Shown: piece after piece, positions 40,141 to 50,498 of the stretch
How positions within the stretch are numbered: the stretch's first letter is position 1
Layout: every line of letters starts with the position of its first letter
Source: Methanotrichaceae archaeon
GTDB lineage: Archaea; Halobacteriota; Methanosarcinia; Methanotrichales; Methanotrichaceae
Assembly: GCA_963803145.1 (NCBI GenBank)
Contig: CAWDLW010000017.1
Location: 160,001-224,000, forward strand
Length of the DNA stretch: 64,000 nucleotides
Direction: 5' to 3'
Position numbers and translations under genes: made by a program
Notes under the pieces: model-generated
Told to the model about the DNA's origin: nothing
The model's database searches: none
Seen by the model: only the letters and a program-made list of their open reading frames with translations

Positions 40141-41103
40141 TTACTCCAGAGGGGTGCCAAAAGATTTCTCCTCTAAATTCATCACATTCTTCCACGCAGA
40201 TCTGCACCTACAATCCAGGCCGTCAAACAGACTAAGATCCTGGGTTGTGGCATGTTTCCTTATCGCCTCTGCAATGGATGCATCGCATTTGCCGCAGTTA
40301 TGCGGGCCTCGCTTTGTGCCTGCACCAACAGGGTCGCAGATGATCGGACCTTCAACGCTTTTTAGAATCTCTACAGCAGACCAGAGCCATGGAGGCCTGT
40401 ACTCGCCGCGCTCCCAGAGGCGCTCGACATAAGTTCCCCGCTGTATATTGCAGAGGTTAAGCGAGAGCGTATCGGCATAAGGTCTTGCAGCCCTTGCAGA
40501 GGATACCGCGTCCTTCAGTGCCTCTCTTTCTGAGAGCAGAGGCGGCTTCAGCAATAGATATGCTTTGACCCTGCCGCCCTCTTCGTGAACAATATCCGAT
40601 GCAAGGGCGAAATCATTAAAGGAAAAGCCTTTGTGAATGGTGTTATCTCGAATAAGATCGTTCGATGTTTCAAGACCTATCGCGAACTCCGTCTCAACCT
40701 TTGAAAGACAATCCTTTACGTGCTCCGGGGTGATGTGCTCGGGCCTTGATTCTATCACCAGCCTTTCAATGCCTTTATCCCTGATTATATCCAGGATGCG
40801 ATCCCTGGCAGTCTCTGGCACCTCCCTTGGATCTAGGAAGCTTCCGCTTGTGTAGATCTTGATGATCTTGTCCTCAGGGGATAGCCTCTGCAGGGCCTGG
40901 GCGAACTGCATAAGTAAATCGTCTGCAGTAGCGGGAGCTCCTTCTGAAGCATAACCGCACATTGTGCATTTATTCCACCTGCATCCGATAGTGCGCAATA
41001 TAACCGTAAGGGAAGACACACTCTTCGCGTCCAAAAGATCCTCTGACTTCCAAATCGCCACAGGTCTCTTAGGATCAAGGTGTCTATTGTTTTTCAAGGT
41101 CAT
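40141..41103 (-). CDS. Archaeosine biosynthesis radical SAM protein RaSEA (TIGR01210-like)
   Basis: LRTIGCRWNKCTMCGY, KIYTSGSFLD, ESRPE, YRPPWLWS and RGPHNCGKC motifs. Confidence 0.88.
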   Translation of the reverse strand: MTLKNNRHLDPKRPVAIWKSEDLLDAKSVSSLTVILRTIGCRWNKCTMCGYASEGAPATADDLLMQFAQALQRLSPEDKIIKIYTSGSFLDPREVPETARDRILDIIRDKGIERLVIESRPEHITPEHVKDCLSKVETEFAIGLETSNDLIRDNTIHKGFSFNDFALASDIVHEEGGRVKAYLLLKPPLLSEREALKDAVSSARAARPYADTLSLNLCNIQRGTYVERLWERGEYRPPWLWSAVEILKSVEGPIICDPVGAGTKRGPHNCGKCDASIAEAIRKHATTQDLSLFDGLDCRCRSAWKNVMNLEEKSFGTPLE

Positions 41104-41116
41104 GATTTATCCTAAA

Positions 41117-42016
41117 TTATCCTAAATACTGTAAAGCGCTTATGCCCGCTGATGCACCTGAGCCGACTGCTGTAGTAACCTGCATCCTTCCGCCAGTGAC
41201 GTCTCCTGCTGCAAAGACTCCGGGCATGCTTGTCTCTTGGTTCATTCTGTTTACTTTGATGAACCCGCCCTGAGTTATTTCAAGGCCAAGGGTAGAAGCA
41301 AGCTCGACATTGGGCTTCATGCCCATTTCAACGAAGACGCCGTCGACTTTTAGAGATCTCGGCATTCCGCCGACCACAAACTCAATACTTCTCACCAGTT
41401 CGTCGCCAAGTATCTCCTTCATCTCAGCTCCATTGATGATGCTTAAATTGCCAAGGCTCTTCATACGTTCGAGGTAAGTCGATTCCGCGACCAATTTTTC
41501 GCGCGGCACTATAAGGTGAACTTTGCTGCTGATGTTTGCAAGATAAAGGACCGCCCTCGCAGCGCCATTGCCGTAGCCTACAACTGCTACAGTCTTGTTT
41601 CTAAAGAGGGCGCCATCGCAATGAACGCAGTAAGACACTCCTCTGCTTGTGTACTCCGTCTCACCCGGAACCCCAAGCTTTCTGTGGCTTGATCCCATAG
41701 TAAGAATCAGAGCTTTACATTCATACTGCCAGTTTTCAGTTTTTAGACGGAAGAGGTCTTCAAGGTGAACTATCTTCTCAACAATCTCTGCCTGATATTC
41801 TGCGCCGAACTTCTGCGCCTGGGCAAGCATCCTCTCAGATAACTCTATACCCTGTATGCCATCGGGAAAACCGGGATAATTCTCGTATAGTCCTCCCATG
41901 GATTGCTGAGAACCGTAGAGGTTCCCGAGAATCAATGTCTTCCTTCCGCCTCTTGCGCAATACATGCCAGCGGTCAGCCCCGCAGGGCCTGCTCCCACAA
42001 TGATGACATCATGCAA
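41117..42016 (-). CDS. trxB: Thioredoxin reductase
   Basis: GAGPAG, ENYPGF, GVSYCVHCDG and GVFAAGDVTG motifs. Confidence 0.9.
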   Translation of the reverse strand: MHDVIIVGAGPAGLTAGMYCARGGRKTLILGNLYGSQQSMGGLYENYPGFPDGIQGIELSERMLAQAQKFGAEYQAEIVEKIVHLEDLFRLKTENWQYECKALILTMGSSHRKLGVPGETEYTSRGVSYCVHCDGALFRNKTVAVVGYGNGAARAVLYLANISSKVHLIVPREKLVAESTYLERMKSLGNLSIINGAEMKEILGDELVRSIEFVVGGMPRSLKVDGVFVEMGMKPNVELASTLGLEITQGGFIKVNRMNQETSMPGVFAAGDVTGGRMQVTTAVGSGASAGISALQYLG

Positions 42017-42198
42017 TCAGACTCACCATGAAATAGAGGCCCGCTCATTGTAGATAAAAGGTATGTAGATAAAAGGCATGCAGTGCAAACTGCAGTTTGC
42101 TACGGTGAATCTACATGGGCATCGCCCTAAGGCCATAATCAACCCGCAATGTTTTTAGACTAGAAGGTAATTAGTGGGGATGCTTCGCATGTAAGCTC

Positions 42199-42270
42199 GC
42201 GTCGATAGTGTAGCGGTTATCACTAGGCGTTGCCAACGCCTAAACTCGGGTTCGAATCCCGATCGACGCA
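42199..42270 (+). tRNA. tRNA-Gly(GCC)
   Basis: Cloverleaf GCGTCGA...AGGCG-TTGCCAA-CGCCT...GGTTCGAATCC...TCGACGCA. Confidence 0.95.
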
Positions 42271-42472
42271 TTTAATTACCCGTAACAAAATTTGGGTTTG
42301 GCTTAGAAAATTATATTGTAGTTATTGGTTTTCATTACATCAATGACATTGCCAACTCATATACATTTACCCTTCTTAAATAATAGATCAATCCCCCCTA
42401 TCGAATATTTTCAGCCCTTCCCCTCCTGTTCTGCCTTATTTCTCCTCTCTATCCTAGCCTATCTCATGGCCT

Positions 42473-42763
42473 TCAAGCCATTTGCATTGTATTATGGGTA
42501 TATGTGTATAGCTGGTCCATTGTGCCTTTAAATTGCTCAAGCTTTTCTTGCAGCTCTTGTCCCTTGGGTGTTGTTTTGTATATGAACCAAGCGCCATTGG
42601 GGGTAGTCTCAATAAAACCTCTTTTTATCAGAATACCCAAATATTTGGTCGTCGTTATGGAGTTCAAATTACCCTTGTATATGATTCTGTTCTTGTTTGC
42701 GCCGTTTTTACATATTTTTAAGATATGGATTAAAACTATATCTAAATTTCTTCGGTCGGACAT
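42473..42763 (-). CDS. Archaeal winged-helix transcriptional regulator (HTH_45/COG3432-like)
   Basis: RRNLDIVLIHILKICKNGANKNRIIYKGNLN...YKTTPKG pattern. Confidence 0.8.
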   Translation of the reverse strand: MSDRRNLDIVLIHILKICKNGANKNRIIYKGNLNSITTTKYLGILIKRGFIETTPNGAWFIYKTTPKGQELQEKLEQFKGTMDQLYTYTHNTMQMA

Positions 42764-43959
42764 ATTTTTTCTGCCTCTATAAAGAATTGAAATTTCACCA
42801 ATTATACGATTCAAGCTTACAGACATTAAGTACTCATGATACTTATAAATGATCTAACAAATCTATAAAAATATACGAACCTTAGTTAATTATTTATGAA
42901 TCTGACTTAATTACATATCAAAAGTTGGCTTCCCGGAGATAGGAAGATTGTCTTGGCTCCGGAATCTGCCGATACACCTGGAGTAGAGCCAGGCGTAACT
43001 GTAATCTGAATGCCGCCGTTTCCGTTGTAGGAAAGCATAAGGGTCACCGTTGCAGTCACACCAACAGCTGCGGTTGACGGTTTCACCTGTTGGTCGGCAG
43101 TTAGCTCGAATGCTGCAGCTTTTTGTTGTTACGAAATATATCTTCAATCGCAAATCAAGAATATCCCCAGGTATTTTGGCCATATGCCATATTAGCATCT
43201 CCAAGCGATCTACAATCATCCCTAGCTCTATATGGATCAAAAAGTAGTTATCCATCAAATAATTATTACTATATGGCGAAGGGATACTTGCCTTCATGAT
43301 GTTGGTCTATTCAGTTTATTTGTTCAGTAGACTTCTCATGCCCTTCGCTCCTATATTCTTATGCTGTAGTATATCCTCAAGATTCTTATATTAAATATCT
43401 AAAAATCTATATGTCTATATGACAGAATAGTTAATATCCTCCGAATGGGCTGTGGTGAATTAACACAGAGCCTCCTTGCAACAGCTTTCCCCGCGAGGTG
43501 ATACTCTCGACCACAGCCCAAGTATGATTGTATTTTATCGGTAATGTTAACACTAGATGGGATTACCTCTTATCTTAAACTACATATCACATATCACTTA
43601 TTGCTCTATTAAATTCAGCTTCGGTTCTTTCCTGGTCCAATCCTTACAGCTTAATGGTACTGCTGGCACATTGCTAGCTTTTGGCTATGGGTTGTACCGG
43701 GTAAAATCCTCTGGCGCTAATAATTTTAAAATTATCAATACAGTTAAATACTTTGGGCACTCATATAAAAATGACAAACCTCCTTATCTGGAGAGCCGAT
43801 ATTCTCCTCCCTACTTATTTTGGCTCTCCAGACCCAAATCCCGATTAAATTTTTAATCTTACAATATCAGCATTTATTACAAAACCGATAATCGGATCAT
43901 CTCTTTACGAAAAAGCACAAAGATTTCTTCGATGTTATATATTTTTCAGATGATTTCTC

Positions 43960-44034
43960 AATATGATGTGGTAAAGGAGGTCGGCAAAAGTCCTGGGTGT
44001 AGGAGGGAGAAAAACGGCTTAGACTTTTGCCATC
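43960..44034 (-). ncRNA. Candidate small RNA with an anti-SD loop
   Basis: Minus-strand BRE-TATA GAAAAACTTATATA (44069-44056), then a 10-bp stem GGCAAAAGTC/GACTTTTGCC whose loop holds CTCCCTCCT. No sizeable ORF follows. Confidence 0.35.
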
Positions 44035-44163
44035 ACAATTACTCGACATTTAACGTATATAAGTTTTTCTATCAACGACAATAGACGTATAAAGATATAC
44101 TTTCCAGTCGGAGCGATCATTGTTCATTATCTCAGTTATCAGCTATATGAGCAGCCACTAAAA

Positions 44164-44619
44164 TTATTCACATGGCAGCCAATCGATGCTTACAGATCCA
44201 ACAGTGCTGTTGGACCACAGCTGAATAAATCTATCAACTGTGAATATGCCGGATACATCCTGGATGTTATGGCTCGAAACTACATGGCGACCATTATTAT
44301 CCGCGGTGACAGCAGCGGATTCCGATACGCTATGCAGCTTGCCGCTGACATTTGCTCTCAAATCTGCATTTATGCCAGCAGGCATACCAGAGGGACATCC
44401 AGGACCGTTAGAACTGGCCTCGATCGATGTGGATTCCACTAGCCGTTCTGCGCTGCTGTAATCATTTGTCAGGAGAGCACCTGCACTATAGCTTTTCACA
44501 CACACTAGCGAATTCCATTTCTGATTGTAAAGCGTTGCTGCAAAGAGAGGCATTGTTAACGTGGCAAGGCTGATTAGTGCCAGAATCATCAGGGATATAG
44601 ATATTGTCGAGCCTTTCAT
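44164..44619 (-). CDS. Secreted hypothetical protein (paralog pair, C-terminal IDWLPC)
   Basis: Signal peptide; shares CVKxYxAGA and QLWSNST...IDWLPC with 44755-45213. Confidence 0.75.
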   Translation of the reverse strand: MKGSTISISLMILALISLATLTMPLFAATLYNQKWNSLVCVKSYSAGALLTNDYSSAERLVESTSIEASSNGPGCPSGMPAGINADLRANVSGKLHSVSESAAVTADNNGRHVVSSHNIQDVSGIFTVDRFIQLWSNSTVGSVSIDWLPCE

Positions 44620-44754
44620 TGCAACAGCTTCCTAAGGGGCATAAGAAGCGATCAGCTAACGTTATCAAACTAATATACTTAAAATAATTTGTACTGTATT
44701 GTATTTATAGCTAATGCTGATTTAAATAGGAAATCAAGCTTTGGATATAGCATT

Positions 44755-45213
44755 TCAGGCACACGGCAGCCAGTCTATGCTGGGCCCTTCGGTTGTGCTA
44801 TTGGACCACAGCTGCAAGAATTTAGCGATTGAGAAGACTCCTGTCACATCTTCGGAGCTTCTGCTCAGCACTGTATGGCGGCCCAAGCTGTTGATTGCTG
44901 GATTGATCGATTGCCAGGCAATATGTGCATCGCCGATTACCTCTGAGTTTATATCGGCCTCAAGTACGGCATTATCTGTACTATTCCTTCTTGATCTGCT
45001 CACGACCTGAGTATCTTTATTCAGGTACTCGAAGTCGGTATATGATTCTGTAATACTTGCGCCCGCATCGTAATTCTTAACGCATAGGGTATCCTCAGTT
45101 CTCATGTTGTTCATGGCCTGGTAAAAAGCGGCTGGCATCTCAGCAGTGGCAAGGATGGTAATAGCGATAATTGTGATCGCAATAATAGCAATTACCTTGA
45201 AGGTTGGCCTCAT
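44755..45213 (-). CDS. Secreted hypothetical protein (paralog pair, C-terminal IDWLPC)
   Basis: Same shared motifs as 44164-44619; GGTAGG SD. Confidence 0.78.
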   Translation of the reverse strand: MRPTFKVIAIIAITIIAITILATAEMPAAFYQAMNNMRTEDTLCVKNYDAGASITESYTDFEYLNKDTQVVSRSRRNSTDNAVLEADINSEVIGDAHIAWQSINPAINSLGRHTVLSRSSEDVTGVFSIAKFLQLWSNSTTEGPSIDWLPCA

Positions 45214-45365
45214 TATCTTAACCCTACCACAAAACTAATTATCGCTTGATTGCCTATTAAATGTGTTGCCCGTCAAATAAAATTGATGGAAAATATATAC
45301 CTTAAGTGCATACCTTATCTGGAATATGGCGGTTTCATCTCAATTGGCTACTACTCAATTAGCTA

Positions 45366-46541
45366 CTATTTCGTAGATACTATCTTTATCACATCGCTAT
45401 CCTTCAGTTCGTACTTCTCTCCAAGCCTCATCTTCTTTTTTGCATCAATTGCAAAGAGGAAGCTCTCGCCGATATCTGAGTGGATGCGATAGGCCAGCTC
45501 CTTTGCAGTGCTACCGCGCTTCATGAGATATGCATCCGGCAGGATTATGCCGTTCTTATCTGTAAACTTATTTTCATCTTCAACAGGATAGACTACGATA
45601 TAATCCAGAAGATTAAAGACTGCATGGTTGATGCATTCTTGGATACCTGTTCCGCCATACTGCTTCATAACAGCCCTGATCTTCTCAAGGCCTGCAGCCT
45701 GAGCTTTGGTCAGCTGGCCTACCGTCTCGAAGTCAGGGTCTCCAGGCTTATACCGGATCAGCCCTGCCTTCTCTGCCATCCGTAGGGCAATCTCCGCTGC
45801 ACCGCTCACGGGTATTACTATCTCACCCTTCAAAGCCAGAAGCTTATCAATGAACTCCTTGGGAGCAATATCAGTTTTGTTGGCAGCTATAATCATGGGC
45901 TTGCTGTATTTACGCAAGAGGCCGGCAAACCTTTTCAAATCATCGTCGCTCCAGCCTCCGGGATCTGTCTTCATCTCAGCAAGCGCTCGTCTGACGTGCG
46001 TATCCATAACACCAACACCGCCAAGCTGCTCGAATATTATCTGCTCTGGCTTTCCTCCAAGGGCGTTATAGCCGCGCATCAGCTTCTCCCAGTTTCTCTT
46101 GAGGATGCCGTAGATCCACATGCCTATCTCGTACTCAAGGAACTTCACATCGCTGATAGGGTCGTGGTTTCCTAGACCAATTGGATTTCCCTCTGCATCA
46201 GTTGAGCCTGATGCATCCAGAACATGGATGATCGACTCAGCCAGTCGAAGGCTATCAAGGAATTCATTTCCAAGACCTCTGCCGAGATGGGCATCAGGCA
46301 CAAGGCCAGCTACGTCTATCAGTTCGATTGCTATGAACCTCACGCCATCTTTACATTTTCCACAGCCCTGTGCTAGCCCTAGCTCCTTGCACGCGCAGGG
46401 CGCTCTGACATAGGATACTCCATGGTTTGCGTCTATCGTTGTGAAAGGGTAGTTCGCGATATCTACATCAACAAGGGTAGCGGCCTTGAAAAATGTGGAT
46501 TTGCCTGAGTTCGGCTTTCCAGCCAATCCGACGGATAGCAT
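45366..46541 (-). CDS. ychF: Archaeal YchF/Obg-family translation-associated NTPase with TGS domain
   Basis: GKPNSGKST, ANYPFTT, DVAGLV, ANKxD and a C-terminal TGS domain (IHSDIG). Confidence 0.9.
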   Translation of the reverse strand: MLSVGLAGKPNSGKSTFFKAATLVDVDIANYPFTTIDANHGVSYVRAPCACKELGLAQGCGKCKDGVRFIAIELIDVAGLVPDAHLGRGLGNEFLDSLRLAESIIHVLDASGSTDAEGNPIGLGNHDPISDVKFLEYEIGMWIYGILKRNWEKLMRGYNALGGKPEQIIFEQLGGVGVMDTHVRRALAEMKTDPGGWSDDDLKRFAGLLRKYSKPMIIAANKTDIAPKEFIDKLLALKGEIVIPVSGAAEIALRMAEKAGLIRYKPGDPDFETVGQLTKAQAAGLEKIRAVMKQYGGTGIQECINHAVFNLLDYIVVYPVEDENKFTDKNGIILPDAYLMKRGSTAKELAYRIHSDIGESFLFAIDAKKKMRLGEKYELKDSDVIKIVSTK

Positions 46542-46555
46542 ATCAATCGTTCGTC

Positions 46556-47659
46556 CTACCGTTTGATATCAAGCTTTGTTCCGCTCTCAGCAAGCTCCTT
46601 TGCCTTCTCCTCGAAGCGTTTGGATTTGCCTCCAGCCAGCCTCTTGATAAGGGTTAATCCTTTCTCAGAGATCGCTTTTTCCTGGATGATATCGGCAGCA
46701 AGGGCGGAGTTGTAGAGCTGCTCACCCACATCGGTTCGCGGCATTACTGTAGACCAGCCCTCGGCAGATCCCACACTTCCAACGGAGATATCTGCGAGTT
46801 CAGAGACTAGATCGAAGCAAGCCTCACATCCTTTGAATGTAAATCTATCAGTCTCTTCGAGCTTGACCTCGTGAACCTTGCCATCGTTAGCGATCACCCG
46901 GAACATGCCCTTTTTGATTTCGAACTTCTTAACGTCCTTGGGCTCGAGTCCAAAGAATCCCCTGACAACACCGTTCATTAGCGAGTCGTAGTCAAAGTTC
47001 TCCATGCAAAACAGCCCAATTAGAAGAGCTATCTTCTCCTGGCCAAACTCATACGGCTCTTCCAGCAATTGGATCTTTCTTAAAGCCTGGATCTGGCAGG
47101 GTGTCCCAACAAATCCTATCTTGCTGTATCCCTTCTCCAGTGCATCCTTTAACGCAATTACGCTATTGGAGATTGTATATTTCGTGCCAGCTGCAGCGGC
47201 GATCTCCTCGGCGGTTGTTGCAACATGAGGCACAGTTGCCCAGTTCTCATCCCTGTCGGTTACGATGGCACAGTCGATAATGCCTGCTTTCAGGGCATGA
47301 GCAAGAAGAACAGAGGCAATGCCGCCATCCTGTGCCTTATCTATCGCAGGCTTCGCCTGGGCCGAGGTCACCTTCCTGTAGATTCCCAGCGCTTCATCTT
47401 GGGTTCTGGATCTGCCGAAGAGCCTGCTCTCGAGGGCTGGCAAGTCGAGGGATGTCCTGGGGCAATAAGCGAAGCAAAGGCCGCAGAGGGGGTCATACTC
47501 CTTCAACTCCGGCCTGTTCTCCTTATGCTCAATCCTGGGGCAAATAGCCTCACAAGTACCGCATCTGCAGCATATCTCGGGGGTTATAACTTTATGCTCC
47601 AGCTCTCCAAATCCGCATTCAAGATAAGTAGGTTCAGCATATTTTTCTTTGGCAGCCAT
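46556..47659 (-). CDS. Coenzyme F420 hydrogenase/dehydrogenase beta subunit (FrhB/FpoF-like) with N-terminal ferredoxin
   Basis: CCRCGTCEAICP, QDGG, GTKY, VGTPCQ, GLFCMENF and ADISVGSVG motifs. Confidence 0.9.
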   Translation of the reverse strand: MAAKEKYAEPTYLECGFGELEHKVITPEICCRCGTCEAICPRIEHKENRPELKEYDPLCGLCFAYCPRTSLDLPALESRLFGRSRTQDEALGIYRKVTSAQAKPAIDKAQDGGIASVLLAHALKAGIIDCAIVTDRDENWATVPHVATTAEEIAAAAGTKYTISNSVIALKDALEKGYSKIGFVGTPCQIQALRKIQLLEEPYEFGQEKIALLIGLFCMENFDYDSLMNGVVRGFFGLEPKDVKKFEIKKGMFRVIANDGKVHEVKLEETDRFTFKGCEACFDLVSELADISVGSVGSAEGWSTVMPRTDVGEQLYNSALAADIIQEKAISEKGLTLIKRLAGGKSKRFEEKAKELAESGTKLDIKR

Positions 47660-47740
47660 AGCTGTGATCTCCGAAAAGTTGGTGGTCTACTAAAGGGCTT
47701 CAGACCTAAAGCTTTTATGGTTCGGATTCTGCATGGAAGC

Positions 47741-48694
47741 ATGATTCTGGGCCTGGATATCGGCGGAGCGAACACAAAGGCTGCGAGCTCAGACGGCAAA
47801 TTCGCCGAGATTGTTTACATGCCTTTGTGGCGAAACGCCCCTTTGGATAGAGTTTTGGAGAGGCTAACAGAGCTCGAGCCGGAGGCCGTAGCGGTTGTTA
47901 TGACTGGTGAACTGGCAGATTGCTATTCAAGCAAGATCGCAGGGATTGTAAGTATAAAATCTGCAGTCAAGGCAGCGTTCCATTGCCCAAGCTATTTCTG
48001 GGGTGTCTCTAGATTTAATCCACAAGATCCAATGGATTTGGCAGGAGCAAACTGGTCCGCTTCAGCTCGAGTGATCGCGAAGGATATTGGCAACTGCATA
48101 TTTGTGGATATGGGAAGTACAACGACTGATCTGATACCCATAAAAGAGCATCCTCTGGCAGAGACAACAGATTTTAAGCGTCTTATCAATGGCGAATTGA
48201 TCTACATGGGCATGCTCAGAACGAGCCTTGCCTCTCTCCTTCATGCAGCAAGAATTCAGGGGAATTCAGCGCCTCTCTCATCAGAGTTGTTTGCAATCAC
48301 GGGAGATGCCTATCTCGTTCTAAAGGAGATCAGCCAGGAAGGCTACAACTGCGATACGCCTGATGGCGCTGAGAAAAACTATGATGCCTCTCTGCGCAGG
48401 CTTGCTAGAACTGTCTGTGCAGATCTTGAGGAGATTGGTGAAGCAGGAGCGCTTGCTATAGCAGAACAGGTCCGAGATCGTCAGCATAGGCTTCTCACGA
48501 ATGCCATACGAAGACAAGCGAAAAAGCACCAATTAACGAGTGTAGTCGCTGCAGGTATCGGCGAGGAGATCATCGCCCTAGCAGCGTCTGGTCTTGGCAT
48601 GGGCTGTATCAGGCTTTCAGAGAGGTACGGCAAAAATTTATCCGATATTTTCCCGGCCTTTGCGGTGGCAAGATTACTCGCAGAAAAATTATAG
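47741..48694 (+). CDS. mfnF: Methanofuran biosynthesis MfnF-like protein (hydantoinase/oxoprolinase family)
   Basis: GLDIGGANTK, MTGELADC, DMGSTTTDLIP and LARTVCAD motifs. The true start is ATG 47741. Confidence 0.82.
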   Translation: MILGLDIGGANTKAASSDGKFAEIVYMPLWRNAPLDRVLERLTELEPEAVAVVMTGELADCYSSKIAGIVSIKSAVKAAFHCPSYFWGVSRFNPQDPMDLAGANWSASARVIAKDIGNCIFVDMGSTTTDLIPIKEHPLAETTDFKRLINGELIYMGMLRTSLASLLHAARIQGNSAPLSSELFAITGDAYLVLKEISQEGYNCDTPDGAEKNYDASLRRLARTVCADLEEIGEAGALAIAEQVRDRQHRLLTNAIRRQAKKHQLTSVVAAGIGEEIIALAASGLGMGCIRLSERYGKNLSDIFPAFAVARLLAEKL

Positions 48695-48734
48695 AAAATG
48701 AAGCGGAATGCCACCTTTTTAAGGGAGGAAGCCA

Positions 48735-50345
48735 CTAGGATAAACCGTGGGTAAACGGTGCGAACACTGAGATTATCAGTGATGTCAGCACAAGCCAGGC
48801 CAGAATCGCAACGACAGTCCTTGTAAGTCTCTCTGCCTCCTTCACGCTAACAAATCTCTCAAATCCAGCCTGGACGAGATCTTTGAATACATATCCTCCA
48901 TCAAGGGGTACTGCAGGCAGGCAATTGAACAGACCTGCATAAAGGTTGATCCAGCCTATCCAGAGAAGTGTATTTGCTATCCAGAAGAAGTAGCCTCCAA
49001 GAGGCGCTGCCCACCCAGTCGGCACGAAGAAGTTAGTAGTCCATCCGCTAAAACCCTGGAATCCTCCTGATATCAGCCCTGAAATGCCTGTGAAGGGCAA
49101 TGTGAGAAATATCGCAAAGAACCCAGAAATTCCTGCATAGGGCAGCCTCTTCAGTATATCCAGGAACTGTCTGGCAGGGAACTCCTGTAGTGTCATGCCG
49201 TCGATGTAGACTGCATTTCCTGAGATCGCTATACCTATCTGGCCTGTACCATCGAATTTAGGTGCTAGAGTGATGTTATAGCTTTGGCCGGTCGCAGCAG
49301 TAATAGTGATATTTTGCCCTGGACGAGTTGTATTCATGTATCTTCTGAAGCCATCGAGGTTACCAATTTTCATCCCGTTGATCTCAGTTATGACAGATTT
49401 TTCTGGAATGCGAGCATTTGCGGCAGGTGATCCATCGAAGATAGAGGCTACAAGGATCCCTTGAGCTGGAGTGCCTTGAATCGTAATATTCTTTTCATAG
49501 TTATCAAGAAGCGTCTCCATATGTGCCGGACCGTGCTGTAGTGCTTTGTAAACATCCGTAAGGTTATTCGTTTCCTTTGAGTTCACATCCAGAATTATCG
49601 TCCTGCTCTGTAGGCCGGCTTGCTCGGCAATGGAACCGCTCTGGACGTCCGAGATCATTACCCTATCAACAGGCGCAATTGAGCCTATGACAGGTCCAAA
49701 GAAAAGGGCTATGGCAATGGCGGCCACTATAAAGTTTGATATTACGCCAGCCGAAATTATCCTTATTCTGGCCCCTTTGCCGACTATCGGCGGCTTATCC
49801 TTTGTCCCGTAGAGTTCTTCGTCATCGGGCTCGACGAATGCTGCTATGGGCGCTATCAGGATCGTCACAAGTCCCATTGATTTAACGCGAACCCCCTCTA
49901 CCCTGCTGAGTATTCCATGGGAGAATTCGTGTACGACCATAGTCACGAAAAGGGCTATCCAGCCCCAGACAAATGGTATGTACTGGTTGACGCCTGGGAT
50001 CAGCAGAATATTCCTGGGCGCGTTGTAGCTGCTGGGCTCAGGAGGAGATTTGATCATAAGATATGCCATGAGCAGAACAAGCACCAGAAAATAGCCCATG
50101 CTTAGTACAACGAGAGGGACGCCAGCAGTCGCGATGACTCTCCACAGCGTTTTGGGCCTGCTTAGCCTATCAAGCAGGTCAAGCCCGCGTTTAGTTCGTA
50201 TGAATATCGCGACAGGAATTGGTCCCCATGTAGTTATCCCTCGTCGTTTCCAGTTCTCGCTGTTTTTTATGGGCCAAAGAATGATCGAGTATAGACCTAT
50301 AGCGCAGGCCGCTATCAGTATCCAGTCATCGGTGGTCAATTGCAT
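48735..50345 (-). CDS. Site-2 protease (M50) with two PDZ domains
   Basis: HEFSH, AFVEPD, NCLPAVPLDGG motifs and PDZ segments (GSIAEQAGL, GSPAANA). Confidence 0.93.
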   Translation of the reverse strand: MQLTTDDWILIAACAIGLYSIILWPIKNSENWKRRGITTWGPIPVAIFIRTKRGLDLLDRLSRPKTLWRVIATAGVPLVVLSMGYFLVLVLLMAYLMIKSPPEPSSYNAPRNILLIPGVNQYIPFVWGWIALFVTMVVHEFSHGILSRVEGVRVKSMGLVTILIAPIAAFVEPDDEELYGTKDKPPIVGKGARIRIISAGVISNFIVAAIAIALFFGPVIGSIAPVDRVMISDVQSGSIAEQAGLQSRTIILDVNSKETNNLTDVYKALQHGPAHMETLLDNYEKNITIQGTPAQGILVASIFDGSPAANARIPEKSVITEINGMKIGNLDGFRRYMNTTRPGQNITITAATGQSYNITLAPKFDGTGQIGIAISGNAVYIDGMTLQEFPARQFLDILKRLPYAGISGFFAIFLTLPFTGISGLISGGFQGFSGWTTNFFVPTGWAAPLGGYFFWIANTLLWIGWINLYAGLFNCLPAVPLDGGYVFKDLVQAGFERFVSVKEAERLTRTVVAILAWLVLTSLIISVFAPFTHGLS

Positions 50346-50498
50346 ATGGCTTAAATTTCCTCGCTTATTTTCTCACTATATTTCTATCATGCACTGTATA
50401 TAAACCCACTATAAACTCACGGAGAAAACTTAAGCCCTATGCCTATCGTATTAAGCTGTACGAAAATTGATGCTTAAAAGGATAATAGTAGTAGCCCT

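Noticed and set aside
42911-43856. ORFs 42911-43297, 43050-43247 and 43557-43856
   Set aside because: No recognisable motifs and atypical composition; probably spurious or decayed.
42199-44160. Provirus or integrative element at tRNA-Gly
   Set aside because: The region is AT-rich, but I found no integrase and no duplicated tRNA 3' end.
47225-47740. N-terminal extension of the 489-aa ORF 47225-48694
   Set aside because: It is antisense to the FrhB-like gene; the family motif begins at ATG 47741.
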